NCBI GenBank assembly: GCA_016213405.1
Contig: JACRAM010000057.1
Location: forward strand, 27,773-91,772
Source of the DNA: Bacteroidota bacterium
Lineage (GTDB): Bacteria > Bacteroidota > Bacteroidia > Palsa-948
Reading direction: 5' to 3'
Length of the DNA stretch: 64,000 bases
Shown: positions 19,135 through 27,995 of the stretch, piece by piece
How positions within the stretch are numbered: the stretch's first letter is position 1
Layout: every line of letters begins with the position of its first letter
The notes under the pieces: model-generated
Told to the model about the DNA's origin: nothing
Seen by the model: only the letters and a program-made list of their open reading frames with translations
The model's database searches: none
Position numbers and translations under genes: made by a program

Positions 19135-19189
19135 GACTTTATATTTTTTTGTTACTATTTAATTGGGTCGCAAATATATGCAAATATCC

Positions 19190-19867
19190 CTACGAGGCTT
19201 TGGAAGAATTTCGGATAAAATCCTTTTCTAAAATTTCAGATTTCGGAACAGAATTTTTTAGCCACTGGAGGAGAATTTCCTGTTCTTCTTCAGGTGATAA
19301 CTTCCAGTTCACAGAAGTTTTTTTCAGGCGTGAAGCAAGCGTATAAAGCGTAACAGCAGCCGAAACAGAAATGTTTAAGCTCTCGGTAAATCCCACCATA
19401 GGAATTTTTACAAACCCATCTGCTTTTTCAAAGGCAACAGGAGTTGCACCCCGCATTTCTGTGCCAAAGAAAAGAGCAGTTTTATTTGTGATGTCGAGTT
19501 CTTCTATGGAGCAATCGTTTTTATGAGGAGAAGTGACAACGATTTTATATCCGTTCTTTTTCAAAAAAGCAATACAATCTTCTGTATTATTTTTTTTTGC
19601 GTTGTGTTTGATAAGCGTAATCCATTTTGCTGAACCCAATTCCACATCGGGGTTTGCTTCAAACTTGTTTTGATTTTCAATTACGTGTACATCCTGAATG
19701 CCGAAACAATCGCATGAACGGAGCACAGCAGCAGCATTGTGAGGCTGGTAGATGTCTTCAAGTACAACAGTAAGATGGCGAGTGCGGTGCTGAATAAGCG
19801 CATCAAACTTTTGCATGCGGCTCTCCGTGATGAAGGAGGAGAGATATTTTATTAGTTCTTGATTCAT
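19190..19867 (-). CDS. SpoU/TrmH-family RNA 2'-O-methyltransferase
   Basis: SPOUT motifs: ...LRSCDCFGIQDVHVIENQ..., ...ALFFGTEMRGATP..., ...FVKIPMVGFTESLNISVSAAVTLY. Confidence 0.75.
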   Translation of the reverse strand: MNQELIKYLSSFITESRMQKFDALIQHRTRHLTVVLEDIYQPHNAAAVLRSCDCFGIQDVHVIENQNKFEANPDVELGSAKWITLIKHNAKKNNTEDCIAFLKKNGYKIVVTSPHKNDCSIEELDITNKTALFFGTEMRGATPVAFEKADGFVKIPMVGFTESLNISVSAAVTLYTLASRLKKTSVNWKLSPEEEQEILLQWLKNSVPKSEILEKDFIRNSSKAS

Positions 19868-19880
19868 TGATTACTTTGGC

Positions 19881-19904
19881 TGTCACGCTGAGCGGAGTCG
19901 AAGC
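19881..19904. repeat. Right-hand inverted repeat flanking the GIY-YIG gene (GTCACGCTGAGCGGAGTCGAAGCG)
   Basis: The reverse complement of 20259-20281 is GTCATCCCGAGCGGAGTCGAGG, 19/22 identical. It overlaps the last codons (ALRLRSA*) of the GIY-YIG ORF. Confidence 0.7.
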
Positions 19905-20254
19905 GCTTTCACTTTTTTAGAATTCAAATGGCTTGTTTCATTTTTACAAATCGAAAGTTCCTTGAGGTCATCCCACTTATCTTGAATGATAGCCTCTTTC
20001 TTTTTTCTTGACCATTTTTTAATCTTCTTTTCTATGGCAATTGCCTGATGTATGTCATTATACATTTGATAAAAGACTATCTCTAAAGGTCGTCTTGAAA
20101 AAGTATAACATTCTGAATCAATTCCTTCTTCGTGTTCTATGAAACGCCTTTCCAGATTATTTGTAACGCCAGTATAATATGAATCATCAGAGCATTTGAG
20201 TATGTACACATAATAATTTTTCATTTCTCTATTTCTTTTTGACTTACTCTTCAA
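19883..20254 (-). CDS. GIY-YIG nuclease family protein (123 aa)
   Basis: YYVYILKCSDDSYYTGVTNNLERRFIEHEEG: GIY-YIG motif with the conserved Arg and Glu. Confidence 0.8.
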   Translation of the reverse strand: MKSKSKRNREMKNYYVYILKCSDDSYYTGVTNNLERRFIEHEEGIDSECYTFSRRPLEIVFYQMYNDIHQAIAIEKKIKKWSRKKKEAIIQDKWDDLKELSICKNETSHLNSKKVKALRLRSA

Positions 20255-20258
20255 CTCT

Positions 20259-20281
20259 CCCTCGACTCCGCTCGGGATGAC
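20259..20281. repeat. Left-hand inverted repeat flanking the GIY-YIG gene (CCTCGACTCCGCTCGGGATGAC)
   Basis: Inverted copy of 19881-19904, immediately upstream of the GIY-YIG start codon. Confidence 0.7.
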
Positions 20282-20288
20282 ATTGGAA

Positions 20289-21353
20289 TTATTGATTAAA
20301 TGTTGCTAAACCGTTTGATGCGGCTGCAAGATTGCACATCCTGAAAAGCATTCTTGCACCTACGTTTCCATTCCATTCATTATTTCCCGGAGCTACTTCG
20401 TTCAGGTCAAAACCAATGATTTTCTTTCCGGAGCGGGCAAGCATTTCAAACAAGAAAACTGCCTGCTCGAATTCCAAACCTCCGGGAACAGGTGTTCCGC
20501 TGTTCGGGCAAAGTTTAGGATCAAGCCCGTCAATATCAAAACTTATATAAACGTGTTTAGGCAGTTCCTGTATAATATCAGAGCAGATGGAAACCCAACT
20601 TCTGCTGCGATACAATTGCTCTTTCAGCTGAAAATCAAAAAATGTTTTCACTTTTCCATTCGAAGAATTGATATAATTATTTTCCTCTTCGCACCAGTCG
20701 CGGATTCCAACCTGAACGAGTTTTTTTATCTGAGGAATTCTTAATGCATTATACATAATGGAAGCATGGGAATACTTAAATCCTTCATATGCTTTTCTCA
20801 AATCACAGTGCGCATCTATTTGTAAAATACCAAACCCAGAATGTTTTTCAGCCAGCGCTTCCATTAATCCAAGCGGAGTACTGTGGTCTCCACCAACCAG
20901 TCCGACTAATTTATTTTTCTTCAGATGTTTTTCCGCAGATTTTTTTACCCATGACTTTAATTCTGTACAACCTTTATTTACCACAGTACAGATACTTTTC
21001 ATAGCAGGAGTATCCGTTGAAATACCTTTTTCAACGTTGCTGATATATTTGGAAGAAATTTTTCTCAGCGCAGTATTCTTTTTGAAAATCTCTTTTGAAA
21101 TTTCTTCCATTGCCACACCAATCTTCCAGGAATCTTTCACCAGCGGGTCAAACAAATCCACCTGAGCCGAAGCCTCAAAAATCGCCTGCGGACCGCATGA
21201 TGTTCCTTCAGCATACGAAACAGTTACATCCCAAGGCACGGGAATGAGAATGAGTTCCGCTTCATCGGTTGTGAATGGAAGTCCGAAAATATTTCCATCG
21301 CCTGTTGCGGGACTATTCGGGTCGAAGTTTTTAAATTTAGATTCTTTGCTCAT
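20289..21353 (-). CDS. Arginase-family metallohydrolase (agmatinase/formimidoylglutamase-like)
   Basis: Mn-binding motifs GGDHS, DAHCDLR and SFDIDGLDP are all present. Confidence 0.7.
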   Translation of the reverse strand: MSKESKFKNFDPNSPATGDGNIFGLPFTTDEAELILIPVPWDVTVSYAEGTSCGPQAIFEASAQVDLFDPLVKDSWKIGVAMEEISKEIFKKNTALRKISSKYISNVEKGISTDTPAMKSICTVVNKGCTELKSWVKKSAEKHLKKNKLVGLVGGDHSTPLGLMEALAEKHSGFGILQIDAHCDLRKAYEGFKYSHASIMYNALRIPQIKKLVQVGIRDWCEEENNYINSSNGKVKTFFDFQLKEQLYRSRSWVSICSDIIQELPKHVYISFDIDGLDPKLCPNSGTPVPGGLEFEQAVFLFEMLARSGKKIIGFDLNEVAPGNNEWNGNVGARMLFRMCNLAAASNGLATFNQ

Positions 21354-21354
21354 G

Positions 21355-22320
21355 CTATAGAATTATTTTCCATTCATTAAAATTAAAACCTCTTAGAAAT
21401 TCTTCAATGTTCATTTTTTTTCTTCCTGCTAATTGCAACTCCAAAAGATTAATAAATCCTTCTTTCACGGCAATCTTAACAAACAATTTTCCATCCGTTT
21501 GTATTGAGCCCAGTTCATTCTGATGATTGACTATTTCTTTTGAAGCGCTGAATATTTTTAAAGATAAAATTTCATTTTCTTTTTTGACTTCAGTCCATGC
21601 TGTAGGGTACGGGCTTAATCCGCGGATAAAATCATAAACATCTTCCGCTTTTTTCTTCCAGTTTATTTTGCAATCCTCTTTAAAAATCTTCGGGGCAAGT
21701 TTTGGTTTTTCACTGGGCTTCAGATAAGTTAACTGGTCTTCAGGAGTATAATTTCCTGATTCTATAGCCCGAACAGTTTTGAGCATCAGATCCGCACCGT
21801 CTTTCATTAAGCGTTCGTATAAATCTCCCGCGTTGTCTTCTTCCCGGATATTTTCTTTAGCGCGAAGAATTATTTTTCCAGTATCAATTTCGTCATCAAG
21901 AAAAAAAGTAGTGACACCGCTTTCTTTTTCCCCATTGATGATTGCCCAGTTGATAGGTGCGGCTCCGCGGTAATGTGGAAGAAGCGAGGCATGAAGATTA
22001 AATGTTCCAAGTGAAGGGAATGACCAAACTTTTTTCGGAAGTTTCCGAAACGCGACAACAATGCCAAGATTGGGATTCAGTTCTTTCATCTGACTGAGAA
22101 ATTCTTCGCTCTTTAAATTTTCTGGCTGGAGCACACTGATGTTTTTACTCATCGCGTACTCTTTCACTGCTGAAAACTTTAACTCAAGCCCTCTTCCCGC
22201 AGGTTTATCAGCAGCGGTGACAATTCCAACAACGTCATAATTATTTTTCATCAGCATATCTAAAGAAGCGACTGCAAATTCAGGAGTGCCGAAAAAAACT
22301 ATGCGTAGTTTTTCATCCAT
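21355..22320 (-). CDS. fmt: Methionyl-tRNA formyltransferase
   Basis: RIVFFGTPEFAV...NLHASLLPHYRGAAPINWAIINGEKESGVT, plus C-terminal domain. 1-nt spacing to the downstream gene. Confidence 0.9.
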   Translation of the reverse strand: MDEKLRIVFFGTPEFAVASLDMLMKNNYDVVGIVTAADKPAGRGLELKFSAVKEYAMSKNISVLQPENLKSEEFLSQMKELNPNLGIVVAFRKLPKKVWSFPSLGTFNLHASLLPHYRGAAPINWAIINGEKESGVTTFFLDDEIDTGKIILRAKENIREEDNAGDLYERLMKDGADLMLKTVRAIESGNYTPEDQLTYLKPSEKPKLAPKIFKEDCKINWKKKAEDVYDFIRGLSPYPTAWTEVKKENEILSLKIFSASKEIVNHQNELGSIQTDGKLFVKIAVKEGFINLLELQLAGRKKMNIEEFLRGFNFNEWKIIL

Positions 22321-22325
22321 AATTA

Positions 22326-22673
22326 TCAGCGTCCTTGAATATCGGTGAGTTCAACAATTTGCCCTGCCATACAAGTGCTCACGGCATTCTTTTTAGGAAT
22401 ATACTTTATCCAAACAGACAATAAGTCTTTCTTAAATCCCAAAGAAAGATTGGTCGGCTCTAATTTTTTTTCATCCTCCAGTTTGAGAATATATTCACAT
22501 CCGGAAACTTCATAATAAATCACAGTAGCTTTAGTATATCCTTCTTTTTCAAAATCTCTTTTTTGTTCAATGGAAGTTACTGTATCTGTGGTTGTTTTCT
22601 TTTTACAATGACAGGAGGAAAAGAACCAAGAACCACTACTCAACAATACAGAAATAAAAAATATTTTTTTCAT
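22326..22673 (-). CDS. Small hypothetical lipoprotein
   Basis: Signal peptide ending SSC. Sits in the rlmI-fmt operon. Confidence 0.4.
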   Translation of the reverse strand: MKKIFFISVLLSSGSWFFSSCHCKKKTTTDTVTSIEQKRDFEKEGYTKATVIYYEVSGCEYILKLEDEKKLEPTNLSLGFKKDLLSVWIKYIPKKNAVSTCMAGQIVELTDIQGR

Positions 22674-22709
22674 GAAAAATGTTTTGCCAAACTTACGAAG
22701 AAAGAATGT

Positions 22710-23903
22710 TCATTCGACAAAAAGCACAAGCCCTTTTAAGTATTCTCCTTCAGGATGGAAAATGTTTACAGCATGGTCGGGGGCTTGAGAAAGATGATGA
22801 AGCACGCGAACGTTTCTTCCGGCTATTATCGCTGCGGATAAAATTGTTTTTTCAAAAAGCGGGCGGTCAATCACCTGCGAGCAGGAAAAAGTGAAAAGAA
22901 TTCCTCCTGCCTTAATCTGTTTCAGCGCTTCAATGTTCAATCGTTTATATCCCATCAACGCATTGTGGCGAACATTAAAATGCTTGGCAAATGCGGGAGG
23001 ATCAAGCACCATCACATCATACACATCTTTTTTGTTTTTCAGAAAATCACAAACATCCGCAGCAAAGGATTTATGTTTGCCGGAAAAGGAATTCATCTTC
23101 ACATTTTTTTCAGCGAGTTCAATGGCTCGCTTTGAACTATCCACAGAATGAACTTCGTTTGCTCCTGCATTCAAAGCATAAACCGAAAATGCTCCCGTAT
23201 AGCAAAAAGCATTGAGAATATTTTTTTCTTGGGAGTAGCGCGCAAGCATCTGGCGGTTCTCACGCTGGTCAAGAAAGAACCCTGTTTTCTGACCGCCTTT
23301 CCAATCTGACCAGAAGGATAATCCGTTTTCAAAAATCAAATGTTGTTCATCGGTCCCTTTTCCAAAAAGATATTCGTTCTTTACGCCTTCGGCATATTTT
23401 TTAGGAAGGGTTTCCGCACTTTTATCGTAAACAGCTAATAGCTTTTCTCCATAAATTTCTTTCAGCGCTTCCACGATTTCATTTTTTGCAAGATGCATCC
23501 CGATAGAATGGCATTGCATTACACAGGTTCCGTTGTAATAATCAATGATGAGTCCGGGCAAACCGTCCCCTTCTGCGAAAACAAGCCGATAGCAATTAGT
23601 GGCAGGATTTTCTGCAAGCCCTATTTTTTTTCGAAAGTCGTAAGCGTTTTTAATTTTTGATTTCCAAAAATCAGAATCAGGATTTATCTTTTCAAAAGAA
23701 AAAATTCGCACAGCAATACTTGAATCCTGATAATGCCCTATGCCGAGGAATTCGTCTTTATTGTCGAACACTTCAACAATGTCTCCATCCTTAACCTCAA
23801 CCTTATCCTTCACCTTTTTTATCGCACCTGAAAAAACCCATGGGTGAAACCTGCGAAGCGATTGGTCTTTTCCTGAAGAGAGCGTGATTTTGAGGAATCC
23901 CAT
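22710..23903 (-). CDS. rlmI: Class I SAM-dependent 23S rRNA m5C methyltransferase, RlmI/RlmK-like (PUA domain plus methyltransferase domain)
   Basis: N-terminal PUA-like region. Methyltransferase motif NAFCYTGAFSVYALNAGANEVHSVDSS; ...VLDPPAF. Confidence 0.7.
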   Translation of the reverse strand: MGFLKITLSSGKDQSLRRFHPWVFSGAIKKVKDKVEVKDGDIVEVFDNKDEFLGIGHYQDSSIAVRIFSFEKINPDSDFWKSKIKNAYDFRKKIGLAENPATNCYRLVFAEGDGLPGLIIDYYNGTCVMQCHSIGMHLAKNEIVEALKEIYGEKLLAVYDKSAETLPKKYAEGVKNEYLFGKGTDEQHLIFENGLSFWSDWKGGQKTGFFLDQRENRQMLARYSQEKNILNAFCYTGAFSVYALNAGANEVHSVDSSKRAIELAEKNVKMNSFSGKHKSFAADVCDFLKNKKDVYDVMVLDPPAFAKHFNVRHNALMGYKRLNIEALKQIKAGGILFTFSCSQVIDRPLFEKTILSAAIIAGRNVRVLHHLSQAPDHAVNIFHPEGEYLKGLVLFVE

Positions 23904-24029
23904 AAAGTAAATCTACATATAAAAGGGCGCAAAGATAAGTTTTTGGCTTAGTATCCTATTATTTATCAAATTTGTGCAATAATATTTTTACTACATTTGC
24001 CATCAACTTAAACAAGACTAATAAATCCA

Positions 24030-24929
24030 ATGAAAAAACTAATTCTACTTGCCAATGCCTTAGTGCTGGCTGGTTTTCTTTCTTCTTGCGGAAATTCTAC
24101 AGACAAAACGGATAATAATGCAGTGGACTCAACCGCTGTGGATTCCTCCGCTATGAACGCTGTTCCTGAGCAACCTCAGGAATATATTTCTATTCCATCG
24201 CCCGATGAGATGTTTTCTTTTATGAAGGATGTTGGCGGTGAAGGAAAAAGTACTACCTACTTGAATAATCCTGACAATTACAAAAATTATGTAGAAACAA
24301 AATCCAAAGCACTCAATTTTGGAATTTACGCTACTGATTTTCTTTATTGCTCCACATTTGATTACGGAACAGAAGCTCTCAAGTATTTTGTGAATGTGAA
24401 AAAATTAGGCGATGATCTTGGTATTTCAAATGTTATCAGCCAATCCACAGCAGACCGTATTAAAAGCAATATCGGCAAAAATGATTCTTTAACTGATATT
24501 TCAAATACACTTTATTTTTCTGCTATTGCTGAATTGGAGAAAAGCGACAAAGCAAGTGTGCTTGCACTCGTTATTGTTGGCGGATGGATTGAAAGTATGA
24601 ATTTGGTTACTAACATGGTAAAAAAATATAAAGCTGATAACCCGGCTATTGACCGCATCGCAGAACAGAAATATACTTTAGATAATCTTTTGGGATACCT
24701 TGATAAATATAAAGAAGATGCAAATGTTGTTTCCGTCACTGGTCAATTGAACGAATTAAAAGGCGTTTATGACCAATTAAAAGAAGAAGCTACAAGTGGC
24801 ACGGTTTCTGCAAAAGGCGGTAAGAAGGTACTTGGAGGAGGAACAAAAATCACCATCACAGAAGCGCAGTACAAAGCGATTGCAGAAAAAGTAAAAAACA
24901 TACACGATAGTTTCACAATGCCAAAATAA
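24030..24929 (+). CDS. Hypothetical lipoprotein
   Basis: Signal peptide LAGFLSSCGNS. Confidence 0.45.
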   Translation: MKKLILLANALVLAGFLSSCGNSTDKTDNNAVDSTAVDSSAMNAVPEQPQEYISIPSPDEMFSFMKDVGGEGKSTTYLNNPDNYKNYVETKSKALNFGIYATDFLYCSTFDYGTEALKYFVNVKKLGDDLGISNVISQSTADRIKSNIGKNDSLTDISNTLYFSAIAELEKSDKASVLALVIVGGWIESMNLVTNMVKKYKADNPAIDRIAEQKYTLDNLLGYLDKYKEDANVVSVTGQLNELKGVYDQLKEEATSGTVSAKGGKKVLGGGTKITITEAQYKAIAEKVKNIHDSFTMPK

Positions 24930-24958
24930 TATCAGACAATAACTCAAAAAAAAATATC

Positions 24959-25471
24959 ATGAAAAAGTTTGCATCCCTCTCTCTCTCTCTCCTATTCAGC
25001 ATTGCATCATTTGTTGGAATGGCACAGCGATATGGAAATGTTCCAAAGGTTGCTGCTTCAAACCCCTGCACGGATTTTCACAGAAAATCCTGTCTCCGTT
25101 CGCCTGACGAAGGATTTGCTTATAACGGGCAATCCCGCAGCGGACTTTTCGCAAAAGGGCAGCAGTCAACCATAAAAGCAGTATTCTACAAAGGAATGGA
25201 TTATCATATTTCTGTTTGCACGGAAGATGAAACTCAGGCAAACTTCCTGATTAAAGATGCAAAAACAGGCGAAGTGTTATATGATAATACAACTGATAAT
25301 AATACTCAGGAGATTCAAATAAGTAACGAAAATACCCGAAGCGTAAACATTCAGGTTGTTCTTCCGGGTGGCGATGGAAAAGACGCGAAAAAAGATATGG
25401 TGAAAGGACAGGAAGGAATGTGCGCGGGATTGCTCATTGAACACCGAAGAAGCGACAAAACAGGTTTCTAA
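24959..25471 (+). CDS. Hypothetical secreted protein. Its 5' coding region contains a (CT)7 dinucleotide tract.
   Basis: Signal peptide MKKFASLSLSLLFSIASFVGMAQ. (CT)7 at 24975-24990 encodes SLSLSL. Confidence 0.4.
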   Translation: MKKFASLSLSLLFSIASFVGMAQRYGNVPKVAASNPCTDFHRKSCLRSPDEGFAYNGQSRSGLFAKGQQSTIKAVFYKGMDYHISVCTEDETQANFLIKDAKTGEVLYDNTTDNNTQEIQISNENTRSVNIQVVLPGGDGKDAKKDMVKGQEGMCAGLLIEHRRSDKTGF

Positions 25472-26043
25472 CTATTAACTAAAAATCTATAGGGCAACAA
25501 AGCATCAGCCCCTGCATAGTCAACACCTATGCGGGGGCTTTTTGTTATCTGCCTTTTGGAAACAATTACTCCTTTATCTTCAATCCATATTTTATTTCCG
25601 AGCAGATTTATTCCTGTGTGAGTTGTATTGATTCCTAACCCCTGTGAAACAGTTCCTGGTCCTGAACAGATATGAACATAGTTTTTTTTCTTTCCTCTCC
25701 TTATTAAAATTATTTCGATTCCCTCAAGTGGTTTAATTCCTCTGATCAGTACAGCATGTGGAATATTTTTTTCATTAGTAACCACATTAAATAAGTGATG
25801 CATCCCATAACAGAGATACACATAGGCAGTTCCGCCAACAGAATACATTGTTTCTGTCCGATTAGTTCTTCTGCCGCCATATGCATGAGAAGCACGGTCT
25901 GTTTCTCCTGCATAAGCTTCCGTTTCAGTGATAATACCAGCAGAAATTTTTTCATCAAACCTGGTATACAAAACTTTACCAAGAAGCTCTTTTGCTATGA
26001 GAACAGTATTTTGTCTCGTATAGAATTCGCGCGGGAGTTTCAT
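25468..26043 (-). CDS. mpg: DNA-3-methyladenine glycosylase (Mpg/AAG family)
   Basis: ...ITETEAYAGETDRASHAYGGRRTNRTETMY...GGTAYVYLCYGMHHLFNVV..., C-terminal PYRF. 4-nt start overlap with recQ. Confidence 0.8.
   Translation of the reverse strand: MKLPREFYTRQNTVLIAKELLGKVLYTRFDEKISAGIITETEAYAGETDRASHAYGGRRTNRTETMYSVGGTAYVYLCYGMHHLFNVVTNEKNIPHAVLIRGIKPLEGIEIILIRRGKKKNYVHICSGPGTVSQGLGINTTHTGINLLGNKIWIEDKGVIVSKRQITKSPRIGVDYAGADALLPYRFLVNS
25506..25545. terminator. Rho-independent terminator-like hairpin (CAGCCCCTGCATAG-N7-CTATGCGGGGGCT followed by TTTTT) embedded in the 3' coding end of the convergent mpg gene
   Basis: 13-bp perfect stem plus T5. It is downstream of the 24959..25471 (+) stop. 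The same bases encode ...SPRIGVDYAGADA... of the minus-strand gene. Confidence 0.5.
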
Positions 26044-27944
26044 TTATGCCAAGAAAGTTTGTTGCCCTCGTCATACACTAATTTATTATTATCTATCAGC
26101 CATTGAATCACCTTAATGCTTTTATCCTCTGACGAGTTTTTTATAGCATTAACCAATTCTGAAAGTGAAAGCGATCTTTTTGCAAGCAGGATTTTCAACT
26201 GTTCAGTCACTTTTTCAAATTCAAGATTACTCAATTCAAGTTTGTTTCTTTCAAGGCAGAAATCACAGATGCCGCATCGGTAAGAATCGGTTTCGCCAAA
26301 ATAAGAAAGGAGCATTACGTTTCGGCATTTAGTTTTTGATTCAACATAATGAAGCATCCCATCTTTCCGCTCAACTGATTTTTGTTTCCTTTTTTGAAAA
26401 TTCTCAGATGAGATATGAATGTTCTTTGCGTCAATTCTTTCTCTGAGAAAAATCATTTTTGGCATTTCAGTTTGAGGGAGATAAGAAAGCACCTCCAACT
26501 TTTCAAGTTCATTAAGAAGTGCTCTTATATTATCAACTGATTTTCCCATTCTCTTTCCGAGTTCCTGCTCAGCAATCTTTACGTACCCGTCAAAGACACC
26601 CGAATAAGATCGTAATAACAATTTTATGAATTCATCAAACCCAGTATGTTCTACCTGAAATTTATACAACTCTTCCTTATTAATGCTAAAATGAATCCGC
26701 GAGGGCTGATAAAAAGCATCTGTCATCGAGATGTATCCTTCCTTCTCAAGGAATTTTATGGCGTTAAAAGCAATAAGATGATTCAAACTATAATGCGAAC
26801 AGAAATCACTTATGTCAAATTCAAACATGCTGCCTTGCCCTGCTCCAATGGGAATCTGAAAATAGTTGGCAAGCGCCTGATATGTTTTTTTTATCTCTTC
26901 CATGGCAGGAAAACTCATCTGGAGATTGTGTTCCATTTCAATTTTATCTGAGTCATTATAAAGCAAAACCGCATATGATTTTTTTTCATCGCGCCCTGCC
27001 CTTCCCGCTTCCTGAAAATACGCTTCAATACAATCAGGTAAATCCATGTGAACCACAAAACGAACATCAGGCTTATCTATTCCCATACCGAAGGCATTGG
27101 TGCAAACAATCACACGTACTTTATTCTGAATCCACGATTCTTGTTTCGCATCGCGAATATGAGCTTCAAGTCCTGCGTGATAAAAATCCGCGCTGATTTT
27201 ACTACGATGAAGGAAATCTGCAATCTCCTGAGTTTTTTTTCGGTTACGCACATACACAATTCCAGTTCCCTTAATTTTTGCAATGATTTTTAAAAGACGA
27301 TTCATTTTATCTTCTTCCTTCACCACCACATAAGCAAGATTTTTTCTTTCAAAACTTTTTTTCAGAAGATTTTCCTTTTTAAATAAAAGTTTTTGCTGAA
27401 TGTCTTTTGCGACTTCAGGAGTAGCAGTAGCAGTAAGAGCCAGAATAGGAATTGCAGGAACAAGTTCCCGCAATTCAGCAATCTTCATATAGCTCGGACG
27501 GAAATCATATCCCCACTGAGAAATGCAATGTGCTTCATCCACTGCAATCAGGTTTACTTTCATTTTCTTAATTCTCTCACGCGCAATCTCAGTTTCCAGT
27601 CTTTCAGGAGAGAGATAAAGAAATTTATAATTGCCGTGCACGCAATTATCAAACGCAATGTCAATTTCCCTTTTGTTCATGGCGGATGTTATCGCCATTG
27701 CCTTAATTCCTTTCGCTTTCAGATTTTCTACCTGATCTTTCATTAAAGCGATGAGGGGAGAAATCACAAGGCAGGTTCCTTCTTTCACTAATGCGGGAAC
27801 CTGAAAACAAATTGACTTACCTCCACCTGTTGGCATCAGCGCAAGCGTATCATTTTCATCAAGAACAGAATTAATAATTTCTTCCTGTAAGGGACGAAAC
27901 TGACTGTAACCCCAGTGCTTAAGAAGTATTTGCTGAATAGTCAT
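26040..27944 (-). CDS. recQ: ATP-dependent DNA helicase RecQ
   Basis: LLKHWGYSQFRPLQEEII..., Walker A PTGGGKS, DEAH box (VDEAHCISQWGYDFRP), RQC and HRDC-length C-terminus. Confidence 0.9.
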   Translation of the reverse strand: MTIQQILLKHWGYSQFRPLQEEIINSVLDENDTLALMPTGGGKSICFQVPALVKEGTCLVISPLIALMKDQVENLKAKGIKAMAITSAMNKREIDIAFDNCVHGNYKFLYLSPERLETEIARERIKKMKVNLIAVDEAHCISQWGYDFRPSYMKIAELRELVPAIPILALTATATPEVAKDIQQKLLFKKENLLKKSFERKNLAYVVVKEEDKMNRLLKIIAKIKGTGIVYVRNRKKTQEIADFLHRSKISADFYHAGLEAHIRDAKQESWIQNKVRVIVCTNAFGMGIDKPDVRFVVHMDLPDCIEAYFQEAGRAGRDEKKSYAVLLYNDSDKIEMEHNLQMSFPAMEEIKKTYQALANYFQIPIGAGQGSMFEFDISDFCSHYSLNHLIAFNAIKFLEKEGYISMTDAFYQPSRIHFSINKEELYKFQVEHTGFDEFIKLLLRSYSGVFDGYVKIAEQELGKRMGKSVDNIRALLNELEKLEVLSYLPQTEMPKMIFLRERIDAKNIHISSENFQKRKQKSVERKDGMLHYVESKTKCRNVMLLSYFGETDSYRCGICDFCLERNKLELSNLEFEKVTEQLKILLAKRSLSLSELVNAIKNSSEDKSIKVIQWLIDNNKLVYDEGNKLSWHK

Positions 27945-27995
27945 TGTACAAATAGCTAATCAAGTACGAATATACGAATCGTACTTTTAGAAAAA

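Noticed and set aside
20289-21353. Assigning the arginase-family gene as hutG within a hut operon
   Set aside because: It is about 9 kb away from ftcD and hutI and sits in the fmt and rRNA-methyltransferase operon. The family assignment is kept generic.
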